Source: Candidatus Uhrbacteria bacterium (GTDB taxonomy: Bacteria > Patescibacteriota > Patescibacteriia > UBA9934 > GWF2-40-263). Taken from it: 64,000 nt of DNA. Made by a program: the position numbers and the translations under genes. The DNA lies in assembly GCA_016188475.1 (NCBI GenBank), contig JACPHT010000001.1, positions 138 to 64,137 on the forward strand, given 5' to 3'. Shown here piece after piece: positions 10,376 through 21,885 of this stretch (the first letter of the stretch is position 1; every line of letters begins with the position of its first letter). A model generated the notes under the pieces. It was not told where the DNA came from. It saw nothing but the letters and a program-made list of their open reading frames with translations, and did no database searches.

Positions 10376-10705
10376 CTACTTATTTTTTGGCGCCGTTGTA
10401 GAAGCCGGCGCTGTTGGTGCCGCTGTTCCTGTTGTTTCTTCTTTCTGAACTTTACCTCCATGGCGAACAAACTTTCGTGTTGGTGAAAATTCTCCAAGTT
10501 TATAACCTACCATGTTTTCAACAATGCGAACCTTTACGAAATCTTTTCCATTATGCACGGCAAAAGTAAATCCAACCATTTCTGGAGTAATAGTCGAAGA
10601 TCGCGCCCATGTTTTGATCGGCGTTGGATCTCCCTGCCTAATTTTGCCAAGCTTTTTTATAATGCTTGGATGGACAAAAGGTCCTTTTTTAAGACTTCGT
10701 GACAT
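10376..10705 (-). CDS. rpsS: 30S ribosomal protein S19
   Basis: [28 protein letters not shown]. Confidence 0.98.
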   Translation of the reverse strand: MSRSLKKGPFVHPSIIKKLGKIRQGDPTPIKTWARSSTITPEMVGFTFAVHNGKDFVKVRIVENMVGYKLGEFSPTRKFVRHGGKVQKEETTGTAAPTAPASTTAPKNK

Positions 10706-10709
10706 AATT

Positions 10710-11561
10710 TTATGCTTTTCCGCCAACAAATCTTCCTAGCTTACGACGTTTAATTATCCATTGGTCTGATGCTTTCTTTCGGCGTGTTTTAACACCAAGC
10801 GCTGGTTTTCCAGATGGTGTTTTTGGACGTTTCAAACCAATTGGATGTTTTCCTTCTCCTCCACCGTGTGGGTGATCAACAGGATTCATTACTTTTCCGC
10901 GAACTGATGGCCTGATTCCACGATGACGTACTCGCCCGGCTTTTCCCCAGCGTATAAGTCGTCGGTCAGGATTTGAAACCTGTCCAACAGTTGCCATACA
11001 TTCTTTTGGAACCATGCGCATTTCTCCAGAGGGAAGTTTAACTGTCGCGTATGCGCCTTCAACAGCCATAAGTTGTGCTAATGTGCCTGCACCTCGAACC
11101 ATCTGTGCTCCCTTTCCAGGTCTTAGCTCAACATCAAACACCTCAATTCCAATTGGAATATGCTGAAGTTGAAAACGATTACCAATATGAATTTCCCCTT
11201 TTTGTTTTGATGAAATAATTTGATTTCCAACTTCCAGTCCAATAGGTGCAATCATATATCTTTTTTCTCCGTCAGAATAATGCAAGAGTGCAATTCTGGC
11301 TCCACGGTTTGGATCGTATTCAATAGTTGCCACCTTGGCAGGAACTTCAAACTTGTCGCGCTTAAAATCAATAAGCCTGATTCGTCGATCTTCACCACCA
11401 CCGCGATGACGAACAGTAATTTTTCCATTTGTTCTTCCAGAAAACTTTTTTCTTTTGATCGTCAATGAACGCTCGGGTTTCGAGCGTGTGATGTCTTCGA
11501 ACGTATCAACACTTGAGATACGACGTCCGGCTGTTGTTGGGCGATATCTTCGAACTGGCAT
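10710..11561 (-). CDS. rplB: 50S ribosomal protein L2
   Basis: [24 protein letters not shown]. Start ATG at 11561. Confidence 0.98.
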   Translation of the reverse strand: MPVRRYRPTTAGRRISSVDTFEDITRSKPERSLTIKRKKFSGRTNGKITVRHRGGGEDRRIRLIDFKRDKFEVPAKVATIEYDPNRGARIALLHYSDGEKRYMIAPIGLEVGNQIISSKQKGEIHIGNRFQLQHIPIGIEVFDVELRPGKGAQMVRGAGTLAQLMAVEGAYATVKLPSGEMRMVPKECMATVGQVSNPDRRLIRWGKAGRVRHRGIRPSVRGKVMNPVDHPHGGGEGKHPIGLKRPKTPSGKPALGVKTRRKKASDQWIIKRRKLGRFVGGKA

Positions 11562-11568
11562 ATTGGTA

Positions 11569-11689
11569 ATCTTTACAAAACTCGCGATATTTCGACTTAC
11601 AGGGCCCCACAAATATCTCACCGTAATTATCATTACGCCTAGACATTTGTTTCCCAGTGCGTCGAAATCTCATCGATTTTTGTAAAGAT
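11569..11689. repeat. ~121-bp element with terminal inverted repeats (MITE-like), copy 2, between rplW and rplB
   Basis: TIR ATCTTTACAAAACTCG/CGATTTTTGTAAAGAT, flanked by TA on both sides; near-identical to 6856-6977. Confidence 0.85.
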
Positions 11690-11691
11690 TA

Positions 11692-12054
11692 TTAGACTCC
11701 TTCGTAAACTTCTATTTTTTTACCTTCTGGCAAAGTGACAATGGCTTTCTTCCAATTCTTTCGTTTTCCGACGTTGCGTCCAAATCTGACAATTTTTCCT
11801 TCAACTCTCTGAACATTAACCGAAACTGGAGTCATTCCATACATTGTTCTAACAGCATTGCGAACTTGAATTTTTGTCGCGTCTTTTGAAACAACAAAAA
11901 CATATTGTCCTTTCGCTGCCAAGTGCGCGGATTTTTCCGTAACCATTGGTCGCAAAATGACATCCGATACAACCTTGCCGGTTTTCAAAACTGGAGCCGT
12001 TATTTTCGGTTCTTCTTTCTCGTCTTCTTTTTTATCTTTCTTAAACCATGCCAT
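11692..12054 (-). CDS. rplW: 50S ribosomal protein L23
   Basis: PMVTEKS, YVFVV, WKKAIVTL. Confidence 0.97.
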   Translation of the reverse strand: MAWFKKDKKEDEKEEPKITAPVLKTGKVVSDVILRPMVTEKSAHLAAKGQYVFVVSKDATKIQVRNAVRTMYGMTPVSVNVQRVEGKIVRFGRNVGKRKNWKKAIVTLPEGKKIEVYEGV

Positions 12055-12058
12055 ATTT

Positions 12059-12694
12059 TTATGCTCTCTTGTAAAGACGTGTTAACATCTCGATTCCTTG
12101 TTTTGAAATCAACACGTTTGGTTTCTTCAACAGATCAACCACATTCAATGCGTTAATTGGCAAAGTTTCGACATTTGGAATATTGCTTGCCGCTTTTGAT
12201 ATATCTCGATTTTCAGGTTCAACTAAAATAAGAGTTTTCTTTCCAGAGATTGGTAATTTAGAAAGAACTTGCGCCAAAACTTTTGATTTACCTTCAGGGA
12301 CTTTAAGTTGCTCAATGGCGACAAATCTTCCTTCGTTAACTTTATCAGTCAAAACCATAGCAAGAGCTTTTCGTTTTGTTTTCTTGTTTATTTTCACTGA
12401 AAAATTTCGTGTATTGCGAGGCCCAAAAGTTATTCCACCTCCAACCCAAATAGGCGAACGTCGTGAACCATGACGAGCACGTCCTGTTCCCTTTTGCTTC
12501 CATGGTTTTTTTCCTGTTCCTGCAACTTCGCCACGATCTTTTGTGTGAGCAATAGCAACACGACTGTTTGCCATTTGCGCAAACACTGCTTCATGAACAA
12601 CTTCCTGTTGAACTGGAACGGCAAATAATGATGAATCAAGTTCAACAATTCCTGTTTCTTTTCCGTCTTGATTGTATAACTTTATACTTGCCAT
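12059..12694 (-). CDS. rplD: 50S ribosomal protein L4
   Basis: KPWKQKGTGRARHGSRRSPIWVGGG. Confidence 0.98.
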   Translation of the reverse strand: MASIKLYNQDGKETGIVELDSSLFAVPVQQEVVHEAVFAQMANSRVAIAHTKDRGEVAGTGKKPWKQKGTGRARHGSRRSPIWVGGGITFGPRNTRNFSVKINKKTKRKALAMVLTDKVNEGRFVAIEQLKVPEGKSKVLAQVLSKLPISGKKTLILVEPENRDISKAASNIPNVETLPINALNVVDLLKKPNVLISKQGIEMLTRLYKRA

Positions 12695-13308
12695 ATCGTT
12701 TTAGAACTTGTTGTTTTGATCAGAACCAATCCACCACGAGCGCCAGGAACAGCACCCTTTAGTGCAATCAAATTCTTTTGTGGATCAATTGAAACAACCT
12801 CAAGATTTTTAACTGTCACACGAGCGTCTCCCATATGCCCGCCCATTCGCTGACCTTTGATGACCTTGCCTTGTCGTTGTGAAGCGTTTGATCCTGGCAT
12901 TCGTTGCTGATCTTTGTTTCCGTGCGTCATCTTTCCACATTTAAAATGATGGCGCTTCATAACTCCTGCAAATCCGCGACCCTTTGAAAATCCAATCACA
13001 TCAACTTTTACTCCAGGTTGGAACTCATCAACACGAACTTCCGATCCGCGCGAGAGAGTTGTCTCGTTTACACGAAACTCACAAAGAGTATTCATCAGTG
13101 GTAAATCTTTCAAATGGCCGATTGCTGGTTTTGTTAATGTTTTCACAATATCTGTTCCAAGTTGAACTGCAGTATAACCATCTTTATCTTGTGTTCGAAT
13201 TTGTGTGACAACATTTGGTTCAGCTTTAACCAAAGTAACAGGAATAACTGTTCCGTCCTGTTTGAACTCTTGGGTCATTTCGAGTTTTCGACCAATGATA
13301 AATGGCAT
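12682..13308 (-). CDS. rplC: 50S ribosomal protein L3
   Basis: GRKLEMTQ, DGYTAVQLG, SKGRGFAGVMKRH, KGAVPG. Confidence 0.98.
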   Translation of the reverse strand: MPFIIGRKLEMTQEFKQDGTVIPVTLVKAEPNVVTQIRTQDKDGYTAVQLGTDIVKTLTKPAIGHLKDLPLMNTLCEFRVNETTLSRGSEVRVDEFQPGVKVDVIGFSKGRGFAGVMKRHHFKCGKMTHGNKDQQRMPGSNASQRQGKVIKGQRMGGHMGDARVTVKNLEVVSIDPQKNLIALKGAVPGARGGLVLIKTTSSKTIWQV

Positions 13309-13601
13309 AAGAAAAGCCGTTAACCTCTAGCTTTTAGCTATTAGCTCGATTACCCGCCTTTTTTTAAAGGCTAATGGCTAAAGGCTAATTGCAATAATTA
13401 CTTATATAAAAGCTAGAAGCCAAACGTAGAAAAATTCTCCACGGCTAGCTTCTAGCTCAAAACTGTTAAAAAGTTTTGAGAATATTAAATTAAATGAATC
13501 GTAAACTCCTTAAATATGATCTTTCAAAGCCCGGGAAGGTTTTCACATAGACCGATGTCTATAAGGATCTTTCTTCCCTGTTTGTCGGATCATTTGCGAT
13601 T

Positions 13602-13934
13602 TTATGTCTTTATTTCAACGTCCACACCGGCTGGCAAATTCAGACTCATCAACGAATCAATCGTTTTATCTGTTGGGTCTGTAATGTCAATCAGACGTTT
13701 GTGAACGCGCAGTTCGTATTGCTCACGAGAATCCTTGTGAACGAAAGTTGATTTATTGACCGTGTACTTGCGCTTCTCTGTTGGAAGCGGCACAGGCCCG
13801 ATCACCTTTGCTCCGGATCGCTCAACAGTTTTCATGATTGTCTGTGTCGCCTGATCAATAATCTTGCTATCGTACGCCTTAATCTTAATACGAATGCGTG
13901 ATTTTTCTTCTTCTGTTTTTTTGATGTCAGTCAC
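13602..13934 (-). CDS. rpsJ: 30S ribosomal protein S10
   Basis: [33 protein letters not shown]; GTG start. Confidence 0.98.
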   Translation of the reverse strand: MTDIKKTEEEKSRIRIKIKAYDSKIIDQATQTIMKTVERSGAKVIGPVPLPTEKRKYTVNKSTFVHKDSREQYELRVHKRLIDITDPTDKTIDSLMSLNLPAGVDVEIKT

Positions 13935-14007
13935 AATCTTGAAGTAAAGAACGATTGGTTACGCCTCGCCCAAAATTTTTTAAACTTCGAGCGAGGCGAA
14001 TTTAGTT

Positions 14008-15201
14008 TTACTTAATAATCTTTCCAACAACTCCTGCTCCCACCGTGTGCCCACCTTCTCGAATAGCAAATGACATTTTTTCTTCAAGAGCAACCGGCTG
14101 GATGAGTTTAACAATAAGATTGGTTGTATCGCCAGGCATTACCATTTCAGTTCCTTCTGGAAGTGTGACCTCTCCTGTTACATCTGTTGTTCTGATGTAA
14201 AACTGTGGTTTGTATCCTTTGAAGAAAGGTTTGTGACGTCCGCCTTCCTCTTTTGTAAGCGCGTAAACTTTTGCTTCAAATTCTGTGTGAGGAGTGATGG
14301 AACCTGGTTTTGCAAGAACCATACCGCGTTCTACATCTTCTTTTTTCACACCACGCAAAAGCACACCAGCGTTGTCGCCAGCGCGTCCTTCTGCAAGTTG
14401 CTTATTAAACATTTCTATTCCAGTGACAACTGTTTTCATTGGTTCTTCACGAAGTCCAACAATTTCAACTTCATCGTTAATTTTTACAAGTCCACGTTCG
14501 ATACGTCCAGTTACAACTGTTCCGCGGCCTTCAATCGAAAACACATCCTCAACTGGCATGAGGTATGGTTTTTCTGTGTCGCGAACAGGTTCTGGAATAT
14601 ATGTATCAAGAGCATTTACCAAATCCATGATCGGTTTTGTTGCGGCTTCGTCAGTTGGATTTTCAAGTGCTTTGAGTGCTGATCCTCGGATCACAGGCAC
14701 TTGGTCGCCAGGAAATTCATACTTTTTGAGGAGATCACGAACTTCTTCTTCAACCAAATCAATAAGTTCCGGATCATCAACCTGATCAACCTTATTCAAA
14801 AATACAACAATCGCAGGCACTCCAACTTGACGCGCAAGAAGAATGTGCTCGCGAGTTTGTGGCATTGGACCGTCAGCGGCTGAGACAACCAAAATAGCAC
14901 CATCCATCTGCGCGGCGCCGGTGATCATGTTTTTAATGTAGTCGGCGTGCCCAGGACAGTCGACGTGTGCATAGTGACGCTTGTCTGATTCGTACTCACA
15001 GTGAGCTGTCGCAATCGTGATTCCACGTGCTTTAGACTCTGGAGCCTTATCAAGATCGTCCACGCCTTTTTTTTGCGCGGTCATTCCTTTGGCGCTCAAG
15101 ACGGCCAAAATTGCCGCTGTTGTTGTTGTCTTTCCATGGTCAACGTGACCAATTGTACCGACGTTTACGTGCGGCTTTGTTCTTTGAAACACTTCTGCCA
15201 T
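14008..15201 (-). CDS. tuf: Elongation factor Tu
   Basis: [34 protein letters not shown]. Confidence 0.99.
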   Translation of the reverse strand: MAEVFQRTKPHVNVGTIGHVDHGKTTTTAAILAVLSAKGMTAQKKGVDDLDKAPESKARGITIATAHCEYESDKRHYAHVDCPGHADYIKNMITGAAQMDGAILVVSAADGPMPQTREHILLARQVGVPAIVVFLNKVDQVDDPELIDLVEEEVRDLLKKYEFPGDQVPVIRGSALKALENPTDEAATKPIMDLVNALDTYIPEPVRDTEKPYLMPVEDVFSIEGRGTVVTGRIERGLVKINDEVEIVGLREEPMKTVVTGIEMFNKQLAEGRAGDNAGVLLRGVKKEDVERGMVLAKPGSITPHTEFEAKVYALTKEEGGRHKPFFKGYKPQFYIRTTDVTGEVTLPEGTEMVMPGDTTNLIVKLIQPVALEEKMSFAIREGGHTVGAGVVGKIIK

Positions 15202-15347
15202 ATAAAAATAGTTAGTTGGTAGCCGCAGGCTTTAGCCTGCGAAGTTAGTAGTAAGTAGTTAAAGAATAATATCGGGTAATGACTAACATCTAACCTGTTT
15301 ACGGACGTGCGAAAGTGTAGCAGAAGCCTCAAAAATACGCAAGCCTC

Positions 15348-15716
15348 CTATTCCACAGGTTCAAGATAAAACTCTTCTTCGCCAAAATTATTGTCTTCTT
15401 TAGGTTTTTCTTGAATTTTTGTGGTGTTTTCCTCAATCGCCTTTTCGACGTTTTTGTTGGTGAATTCTTGATACTGTTTTTCAATCTCTTCGATCTCTTT
15501 TTCGTCCATTTCGCTCATATTCCAAGTTTCAGTGTCAGAATTGGCAGATTTCATGACATCAAAAAGGTCCTTTTCTTTAGAATCTTTATTCAAAAAGGAC
15601 TCATATTTTGGCAAATCCATCACAACAAAAACATCATTTCCGTCTGGATCTGTAACAATCATCGTGTCGCCCGTTTTACGGACGAGATTCAAAATGTGGC
15701 GAAATTGAGAAGTCAT
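15348..15716 (-). CDS. Hypothetical acidic protein
   Basis: 122-aa ORF with D/E-rich C-terminus ending EEEFYLEPVE. Confidence 0.7.
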   Translation of the reverse strand: MTSQFRHILNLVRKTGDTMIVTDPDGNDVFVVMDLPKYESFLNKDSKEKDLFDVMKSANSDTETWNMSEMDEKEIEEIEKQYQEFTNKNVEKAIEENTTKIQEKPKEDNNFGEEEFYLEPVE

Positions 15717-15758
15717 AAGCTATAATTGGATTTTTGTTGCTTTTCAAAGTTAGCAAAC

Positions 15759-15787
15759 TTGACAAAAATACGCAAATATGGTATTCT
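15759..15787 (+). promoter_or_regulatory. sigma70-type promoter
   Basis: TTGACA-17 bp-TATTCT. Confidence 0.55.
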
Positions 15788-15927
15788 GTTCTCTTGTGCA
15801 ATATCGTGATAAGCGTCTTTTCGAAGAAGTTTGAACGAAAGCATCTGAAATTACTGCATGAGAACGAGGTTGATGAACAGGAAGAAACAACATGTTACGC
15901 CTGAAACAGAACTTCAAAAATGATGCA

Positions 15928-15960
15928 AAAAACACTTTCGGTAAATCCGAAAGTGTTTTA
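15928..15960. terminator. Intrinsic terminator-like hairpin, probably bidirectional
   Basis: AAAACACTTTCGG-taaat-CCGAAAGTGTTTT. Confidence 0.65.
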
Positions 15961-16974
15961 TTTTATTATGTTATTAATTTCTTCGATTTTTCGTTTGAAA
16001 TCTTGAAACTCGGCTAACTGACCGCAACAACGAGCAAGATTGTGAGCGCGACGAGACGGATATTTTTTATCATCCCACCCAAAATAACAATCCTCAAAAT
16101 AATCTGACAAAAATCTACAAGCAAGTTCAAGTGTGATAAGGCCGATTGATTTTGAAACCAAGTTAATCTCGCGTTTGGTCATCAAACCATTAGAACCATT
16201 TTTATATCCATCCCAACTCGCTCGAAAAAGCGACAACGAAAATGTGTTATGCGGATCATCTTCACATTTACCGCACCATGAGCGAAACGCATCGCCAAGT
16301 TCAACAAGCAAATTCTGACGCTGACACGTGTCAAGATCGATCACGGCCAAAGCTTTTGATCCAGAAAAAAGTATGTTTGAAATTTTTGGATCTCCGTGAA
16401 TCACGTGTTTTGGAAGATCACTTGGCAAAAAATAATTCGGAAATTCTTTTTTAATGATCTCGATTTCTCTTCGCACATCGTTCATTAAAGGAGAGGGTTT
16501 AATTTTTTTCAAAACGTCACAAAAATGCCGATATACTTTTTTTGATTCATGTAAAACCAAAGTTGAATGAAATTTAAATTCGGCTTTATCAATCGCGAGA
16601 TGAAATTGTCCGTAAATTCTTCCAGCTTCTTTTGCCATTGGAACGTTCGTTAGGCGATCAAAAGTTTTGCCTGGAAGTTTTGTTTGTAAACGCCATTTTT
16701 CTTTTTTATTTTCAGCAAGAATTTTTCCTTGTTTTGTTTTGATACAAATCGGAGATGAAAAATTAAGTAAATTCAAAAATCGTGTGACATTGAAGAAATC
16801 TTGTGCAGTTCCTTGCGAAGACAAAATTGGGTGAAGACGTTGTATGATATACTGGTCTTTGTCAGTTTTGATTGAAAACGTTTTGTGAATCAACCCGATA
16901 CTGATTGGTTTGATTTCCAAAATTGTTCCAATATTATACTGACGCAGTATTGAACGAGGAACTTTTTGATTCAT
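15958..16974 (-). CDS. Phosphotransferase (APH / N-acetylhexosamine kinase-like)
   Basis: Brenner motif HGDPKISNILF and IDLD. Confidence 0.85.
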   Translation of the reverse strand: MNQKVPRSILRQYNIGTILEIKPISIGLIHKTFSIKTDKDQYIIQRLHPILSSQGTAQDFFNVTRFLNLLNFSSPICIKTKQGKILAENKKEKWRLQTKLPGKTFDRLTNVPMAKEAGRIYGQFHLAIDKAEFKFHSTLVLHESKKVYRHFCDVLKKIKPSPLMNDVRREIEIIKKEFPNYFLPSDLPKHVIHGDPKISNILFSGSKALAVIDLDTCQRQNLLVELGDAFRSWCGKCEDDPHNTFSLSLFRASWDGYKNGSNGLMTKREINLVSKSIGLITLELACRFLSDYFEDCYFGWDDKKYPSRRAHNLARCCGQLAEFQDFKRKIEEINNIIK

Positions 16975-16985
16975 ACTTTAATTTT

Positions 16986-17534
16986 GTGGGATCAATAATT
17001 TTCATAATACTCTTTGGTTCTATCGTTGTCATTTTATTGTGCTTGACATCAGTTTTTTGGTTCGGTGGATTGCTTTTGCCTATTTTTTTCAAAGGCGGCC
17101 CATTTGTTCCAAGTTCAAACAAACGAATGCAAACAATGATTCGACTTGCAAATATAAAGCCATCAGACAATGTTGTTGATCTGGGATCTGGGGAAGGAAG
17201 ATTTTTAATCGGAGCGATCAAAGCTGGCGCAAATTTTGCTGAAGGATATGAAATTCATCCTGGTCTTGTTGTATATTCAAGACTTAGAGCCAAGTTAAAT
17301 AAAATGCAAAATAAAATAAAAATCCACCGACAATCGTTTTGGAAAGCTGATGTTTCAAACGCGACGATTGTATTCTTATATCAACTTCCGGATTATATGC
17401 AAAAACTACAAGACAAACTTCAAAAAGAATTGCCTATTGGCGCTCGGATAATTTCAAACACATTTGAATTTCCAACTTGGCCGATTTCAAAACAAGAAGA
17501 AAAAATTTACGTGTACGAAAAAACAGGGCAATGA
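16986..17534 (+). CDS. Class I SAM-dependent methyltransferase with N-terminal TM segment
   Basis: PFVPS, VVDLGSGEGR, GYEI, RIISNTF. GTG start at 16986 avoids overlap with the divergent gene. Confidence 0.85.
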   Translation: MGSIIFIILFGSIVVILLCLTSVFWFGGLLLPIFFKGGPFVPSSNKRMQTMIRLANIKPSDNVVDLGSGEGRFLIGAIKAGANFAEGYEIHPGLVVYSRLRAKLNKMQNKIKIHRQSFWKADVSNATIVFLYQLPDYMQKLQDKLQKELPIGARIISNTFEFPTWPISKQEEKIYVYEKTGQ

Positions 17535-17546
17535 CCCTGTTTTTTA
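17520..17546. terminator. Bidirectional terminator between convergent genes
   Basis: AAAACAGGG-caatga-CCCTGTTTTTTT. Confidence 0.65.
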
Positions 17547-17550
17547 TTTT

Positions 17551-19644
17551 CTATTGTACTCGTCCTGTGCCGCCGCGCTTTTCAATAATTTCTTTTGCAA
17601 CGTTTGATGGGACTGCTTCGTAATGATCAAATTCCATTGAATAACTCGCGCGGCCTTGCGTAAGCGAACGAAGTGAAGTTGCATATCCAAACATTTCAGC
17701 AAGCGGGACAAATGCATCGATGACTTTTACTCCTGGACGATCGTTCATTTGTTGAATCTGTCCGCGTTTTGAGTTGAGATCTCCAACAACAGTTCCCATG
17801 AAATCTTCTGGGGTTACGACTTCAACTTTCATCATCGGCTCAAGAAGTTCCAAACCTGCTTTTCTTGCCGCGGCCTGAAACGCCATTGAACCTGCAATCT
17901 TAAACGCGGCTTCTGAAGAGTCAACTTCGTGATAGCTTCCATCGTACAAAACAATCTTCACATCAAGGAGCGGATATCCTGCCAACACACCGCGATCGGT
18001 TGCTTCGCGCGCGCCTTTTTCAATCGCGTTAAAGTATTCTTTTGGAATTGTTCCGCCTTTAACTTCTTCTTCAAACTCAACTCCTGTTCCTGGCGGCAAC
18101 TTTTCAACACGAATCAAACAGTGTCCATACTGACCTCTGCCTCCAGTTTGTCTGATGTATTTCCCTTCTCCTTCAGCATCGCCTTTGATTGTTTCGCGAT
18201 ATGAAACTTGAGGCTGTCCAACATTGCATTCAACATTAAACTCGCGTTTCATGCGGTCAACAATAATATCAAGATGAAGCTCACCCATTCCAGAGATAAT
18301 AACTTGGTTTGTTTCTTCATCTGTTCTCACTCGGAAAGTCGGATCTTCTTCAGCAAGTTTTTGAAGAGCGATTCCCATTTTTTCCTGATCAACTTTTGTC
18401 TTTGGTTCAATCGCAATTGAGATAACCGGCTCTGGAAATACAATTGACTCAAGCAAAATCGGATGATCGATGTCACAAAGCGTGTGACCGGTAAATGTTT
18501 CTTTAAGACCAACCATTGCGGCGATATCTCCTGCATAAACTTCCGAAACATCTTCACGTGTATTTGCGTGCAAACGAACAATACGGCTAACACGTTCTTT
18601 ATTTCCTGTTGAAGAATTCAAAATGTATGTTCCTGATTTTACAATTCCAGAATACACACGGAAAAAAGCAAGCTTTCCAACATACGGGTCAGCTGCAATT
18701 TTAAACGCAAGAGCAGAAAATGGTTCCTCATCGCTTGCATGACGGAAAATTTCTTTATCATTGTCATCAGGATCTGTTCCTCTAACTGGAGGGACATCAA
18801 GCGGGCTTGGAAGATATGCGACAACAGCATCAAGTAAAGGCTGAACACCCTTGTTCTTCAGAGCTGAACCGCACATGACCGGCACAAACTCATTCGCGAT
18901 TGTTGCTTTTCGAATTACTGCTTGAATTTCAGATTCTGAAATTTCCTCACCTGCAAGATATTTGTTCATCAAGACTTCATCGTTTTCAGAAACTGCTTCC
19001 ATGAGTTTCCCGCGCCACTCTTTTGCTTTTTCAGCATATTCAACTGGAATTTCTGATTCTTCGATTTCTTTTCCAAGATCGTCTTTGTAAATAAACGCGC
19101 GCATTTTTAGAAGATCGATGATCCCGACAAAATTCGATTCAGTTCCGATTGGAAGCTGAATAGGATACGCGTGTTTGGTCAAACGATCATGAACAGACTT
19201 TAAGTCTTTGTAAAAATCAGCGCCTGTTCTGTCTAGTTTGTTGATAAAACAAATACGTGGAACTTTATATTCATCCGCATAGCGCCAGTTTGTTTCAGAT
19301 TGAGGTTCGACTCCGGCCACGCCGTCGAACACAGCAACTCCGCCATCAAGCACGCGCATTGATCGTTTAACTTCTACTGTAAAATCTATGTGCCCAGGCG
19401 TGTCGATCAAATTCAAACGATGATCTTTCCAAAAACAAGTTGTTGCGGCCGCGGTAATTGTAATTCCGCGCTCGCGTTCCTGTTCCATCCAATCCATTGT
19501 TGTATCACCTTCGTGAACTTCTCCAATCTTATGCTTACGACCTGTGTAAAAAAGAACACGTTCGGAAACAGTGGTTTTTCCAGCATCAATGTGCGCAAAA
19601 ATTCCGAAGTTGCGTGTTTTATCAAGTGGATATTCTCTGGGCAT
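17551..19644 (-). CDS. fusA: Elongation factor G
   Basis: [33 protein letters not shown]. Confidence 0.99.
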   Translation of the reverse strand: MPREYPLDKTRNFGIFAHIDAGKTTVSERVLFYTGRKHKIGEVHEGDTTMDWMEQERERGITITAAATTCFWKDHRLNLIDTPGHIDFTVEVKRSMRVLDGGVAVFDGVAGVEPQSETNWRYADEYKVPRICFINKLDRTGADFYKDLKSVHDRLTKHAYPIQLPIGTESNFVGIIDLLKMRAFIYKDDLGKEIEESEIPVEYAEKAKEWRGKLMEAVSENDEVLMNKYLAGEEISESEIQAVIRKATIANEFVPVMCGSALKNKGVQPLLDAVVAYLPSPLDVPPVRGTDPDDNDKEIFRHASDEEPFSALAFKIAADPYVGKLAFFRVYSGIVKSGTYILNSSTGNKERVSRIVRLHANTREDVSEVYAGDIAAMVGLKETFTGHTLCDIDHPILLESIVFPEPVISIAIEPKTKVDQEKMGIALQKLAEEDPTFRVRTDEETNQVIISGMGELHLDIIVDRMKREFNVECNVGQPQVSYRETIKGDAEGEGKYIRQTGGRGQYGHCLIRVEKLPPGTGVEFEEEVKGGTIPKEYFNAIEKGAREATDRGVLAGYPLLDVKIVLYDGSYHEVDSSEAAFKIAGSMAFQAAARKAGLELLEPMMKVEVVTPEDFMGTVVGDLNSKRGQIQQMNDRPGVKVIDAFVPLAEMFGYATSLRSLTQGRASYSMEFDHYEAVPSNVAKEIIEKRGGTGRVQ

Positions 19645-19647
19645 ATT

Positions 19648-20115
19648 TTATTTTGCAAAATGAGCAAACGCGCGATTAGCTTCTGCCATTCTCTGAACGT
19701 CTTGACGTTTTTTGACAGCGTCACCTTCGTTATTTGAAGCCGCGACAATTTCATCAGCTAATTTTTCCGCCATTCGTCGTCCTTTTTTTGCGCGAGCCGC
19801 AATCAAAATCCAACGGAAAGCCAAAACATAACGACGGTCGCCACGAACTGGCATTGGAATCTGATAGTTTGCTCCACCAACTCGGCGGCTCTTCACCTCA
19901 AGTGATGGCATTACGTTTTTAAGCGCTGTTTCAAAAATATCAATCGGACTTTGTTTTGTTTTTGCGCTTACAATATCTAAACAATCGTAAACCACTTGTT
20001 GCGCAACGGTTTTTTTACCGCCGTGCATGACATAGTTAACGAGTTTTGTAACTTGAACATTTCCAAATTTTGGGTCCGGATCGAGCTTGCGTTTCGGCGC
20101 TTGTTTTCCGCGCAT
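19648..20115 (-). CDS. rpsG: 30S ribosomal protein S7
   Basis: EVKSRRVGGANYQIP, MAEANRAFAH. Confidence 0.98.
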   Translation of the reverse strand: MRGKQAPKRKLDPDPKFGNVQVTKLVNYVMHGGKKTVAQQVVYDCLDIVSAKTKQSPIDIFETALKNVMPSLEVKSRRVGGANYQIPMPVRGDRRYVLAFRWILIAARAKKGRRMAEKLADEIVAASNNEGDAVKKRQDVQRMAEANRAFAHFAK

Positions 20116-20188
20116 ATATTTGATGTTATCTGACGGTTATATTTATAACTTCCTCCGTGAGCTCGGAGTACTCCGTCTATTATTTATA

Positions 20189-20611
20189 TTATTTTTTCTT
20201 ACCTCGTTTCGCGCCGTACTTTGAACGTCCTTGTTTGCGACCATCAACTCCTTGCGTGTCGTACACTCCGCGAACAATGTGATATCGGACACCAGGCAAG
20301 TCCTTCACACGCCCACCTCTGATCATCACGATTGAGTGTTCCTGCAAGTTGTGTCCCTCGCCAGGAATGTAAGCGTTAACTTCCATTCCGTTTGAAAGAC
20401 GAACGCGTGCGATTTTTCGAATCGCGGAGTTTGGTTTTTTTGGCGTCATGGTTGTCACTTTAACGCACACACCGCGCTTGAACGCGCTTCCGCTTTGATA
20501 ATCCGTGCGTTTGCGGTGAAGTGAATCGTAAGTGAATTGCAAAGCTGGCGACTTTGATTTTGTTGCTTTTGATTGACGTCCCTTTCTAATAAGTTGATTT
20601 ACTGTTGGCAT
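20189..20611 (-). CDS. rpsL: 30S ribosomal protein S12
   Basis: [27 protein letters not shown]. Confidence 0.99.
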   Translation of the reverse strand: MPTVNQLIRKGRQSKATKSKSPALQFTYDSLHRKRTDYQSGSAFKRGVCVKVTTMTPKKPNSAIRKIARVRLSNGMEVNAYIPGEGHNLQEHSIVMIRGGRVKDLPGVRYHIVRGVYDTQGVDGRKQGRSKYGAKRGKKK

Positions 20612-20739
20612 AAATAGCAGAGATCAGATTTTAGAGATCAGAGGTTGGAAATACAGAGTAAAAATAGAACGCCAGAAGAATAACATTCGTCCCAAAAAAC
20701 GTCAACCCAGCAATAAGCCAAAACAAAAAAGCGCCATTA

Positions 20740-21816
20740 TTAGGCGCGAGTTGCCTTGAGGCTGGCTCTAAGGCGAGTTACAAGCCGGCGTTCTGCCCAC
20801 TGTCTCATATTATCTTTTTCACGACCATTCACTGTGATCCAGTGAATGTAGTGTTCAAGCTCGTCGACAGTCAGTGGCTTGTTGATCATACTGCCGTACT
20901 GTTCCGCTTTGCGAATCATACGAAACGCAATAGCACACTCACGCGCGTAGCTTAATTCACATTCGAGGTAACGCTGATATTCAATATTATTGGGTTCGAA
21001 CAAAATGAGCAGTTTGATTAGATCGATCCTCTCATCATATGCATGAGCTTCACGACCTTCCAAAAGTAGTTCAACGTGATTGACTTCAAGTTCGATATCG
21101 AGATGGCGCGCAACGTTCTTAGCGTTTTTCAACCCATCTATTGTCTTTTGACAAAAACGTTCAAGTACTTTTTTGCGCCGTGTTAGATCAGAATGCTTCG
21201 CCAACCAATCTAACTCTTCACAGCTTTCATGATATTCGAAAGTGTGAATAAGAACCCTTTCAAGATGTTCCTGCTCTTTGTCAGTTAAAGAACGTTTGAG
21301 AAGCTTCAGACATAACTTTACGACACGAACATCGCCTATGCGAATCGCTTTGTGAAGTATGATATTAAAGCCACGTGTTGGGTTACACCCTTTTCGATAT
21401 GCCTTGATCGCTGGGAGGACATCTCTGTAGCCGTAGATACAGCTAACATAATATCGACGAACGATGAAAGATGCCGCTCTGTCGAAATCTGCTGGCCGTG
21501 CCTTTTTACAAAAACGTCCGTTCAGCGCTTCGACGTCTCCAATCTGCACCGCATATTTAACCCCATAGCTAGTTTTGAATTTGGCATCGTACCATTCAAA
21601 ACACTCGTATGCGACACGATGGCATCTTTTCATACCAGTGCGAACACCCCACGAAAGGATCAATTCTGCCGCGCGTTTAGAAGAAATACCGGCCGAACAT
21701 AGAGTCTTGACGATTGTCGCAACACTTTGCCCAGCGCCAGAGCCTAGCGGATCAAGACTAATTACGAGCTTGAGTTGTGCGCATGAAAGATCTTTAAGTA
21801 ATCTTGGATCGTGCAT
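20740..21816 (-). CDS. Hypothetical protein (predicted helical)
   Basis: ~358-aa ORF. AAGGAG spacing favours ATG at 21816; ATG at 21822 is the alternative. Confidence 0.7.
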   Translation of the reverse strand: MHDPRLLKDLSCAQLKLVISLDPLGSGAGQSVATIVKTLCSAGISSKRAAELILSWGVRTGMKRCHRVAYECFEWYDAKFKTSYGVKYAVQIGDVEALNGRFCKKARPADFDRAASFIVRRYYVSCIYGYRDVLPAIKAYRKGCNPTRGFNIILHKAIRIGDVRVVKLCLKLLKRSLTDKEQEHLERVLIHTFEYHESCEELDWLAKHSDLTRRKKVLERFCQKTIDGLKNAKNVARHLDIELEVNHVELLLEGREAHAYDERIDLIKLLILFEPNNIEYQRYLECELSYARECAIAFRMIRKAEQYGSMINKPLTVDELEHYIHWITVNGREKDNMRQWAERRLVTRLRASLKATRA

Positions 21817-21885
21817 GTTCATCTCCTTATCGCATACGCGACAAAAAACTATAATCGTATCTTTTCAAAATGTCAAACGTGGATT

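Noticed and set aside
13309-13601. Hidden gene or RNA between rpsJ and rplC
   Set aside because: Only microrepeats and weak hairpins; no convincing ORF or known motif.
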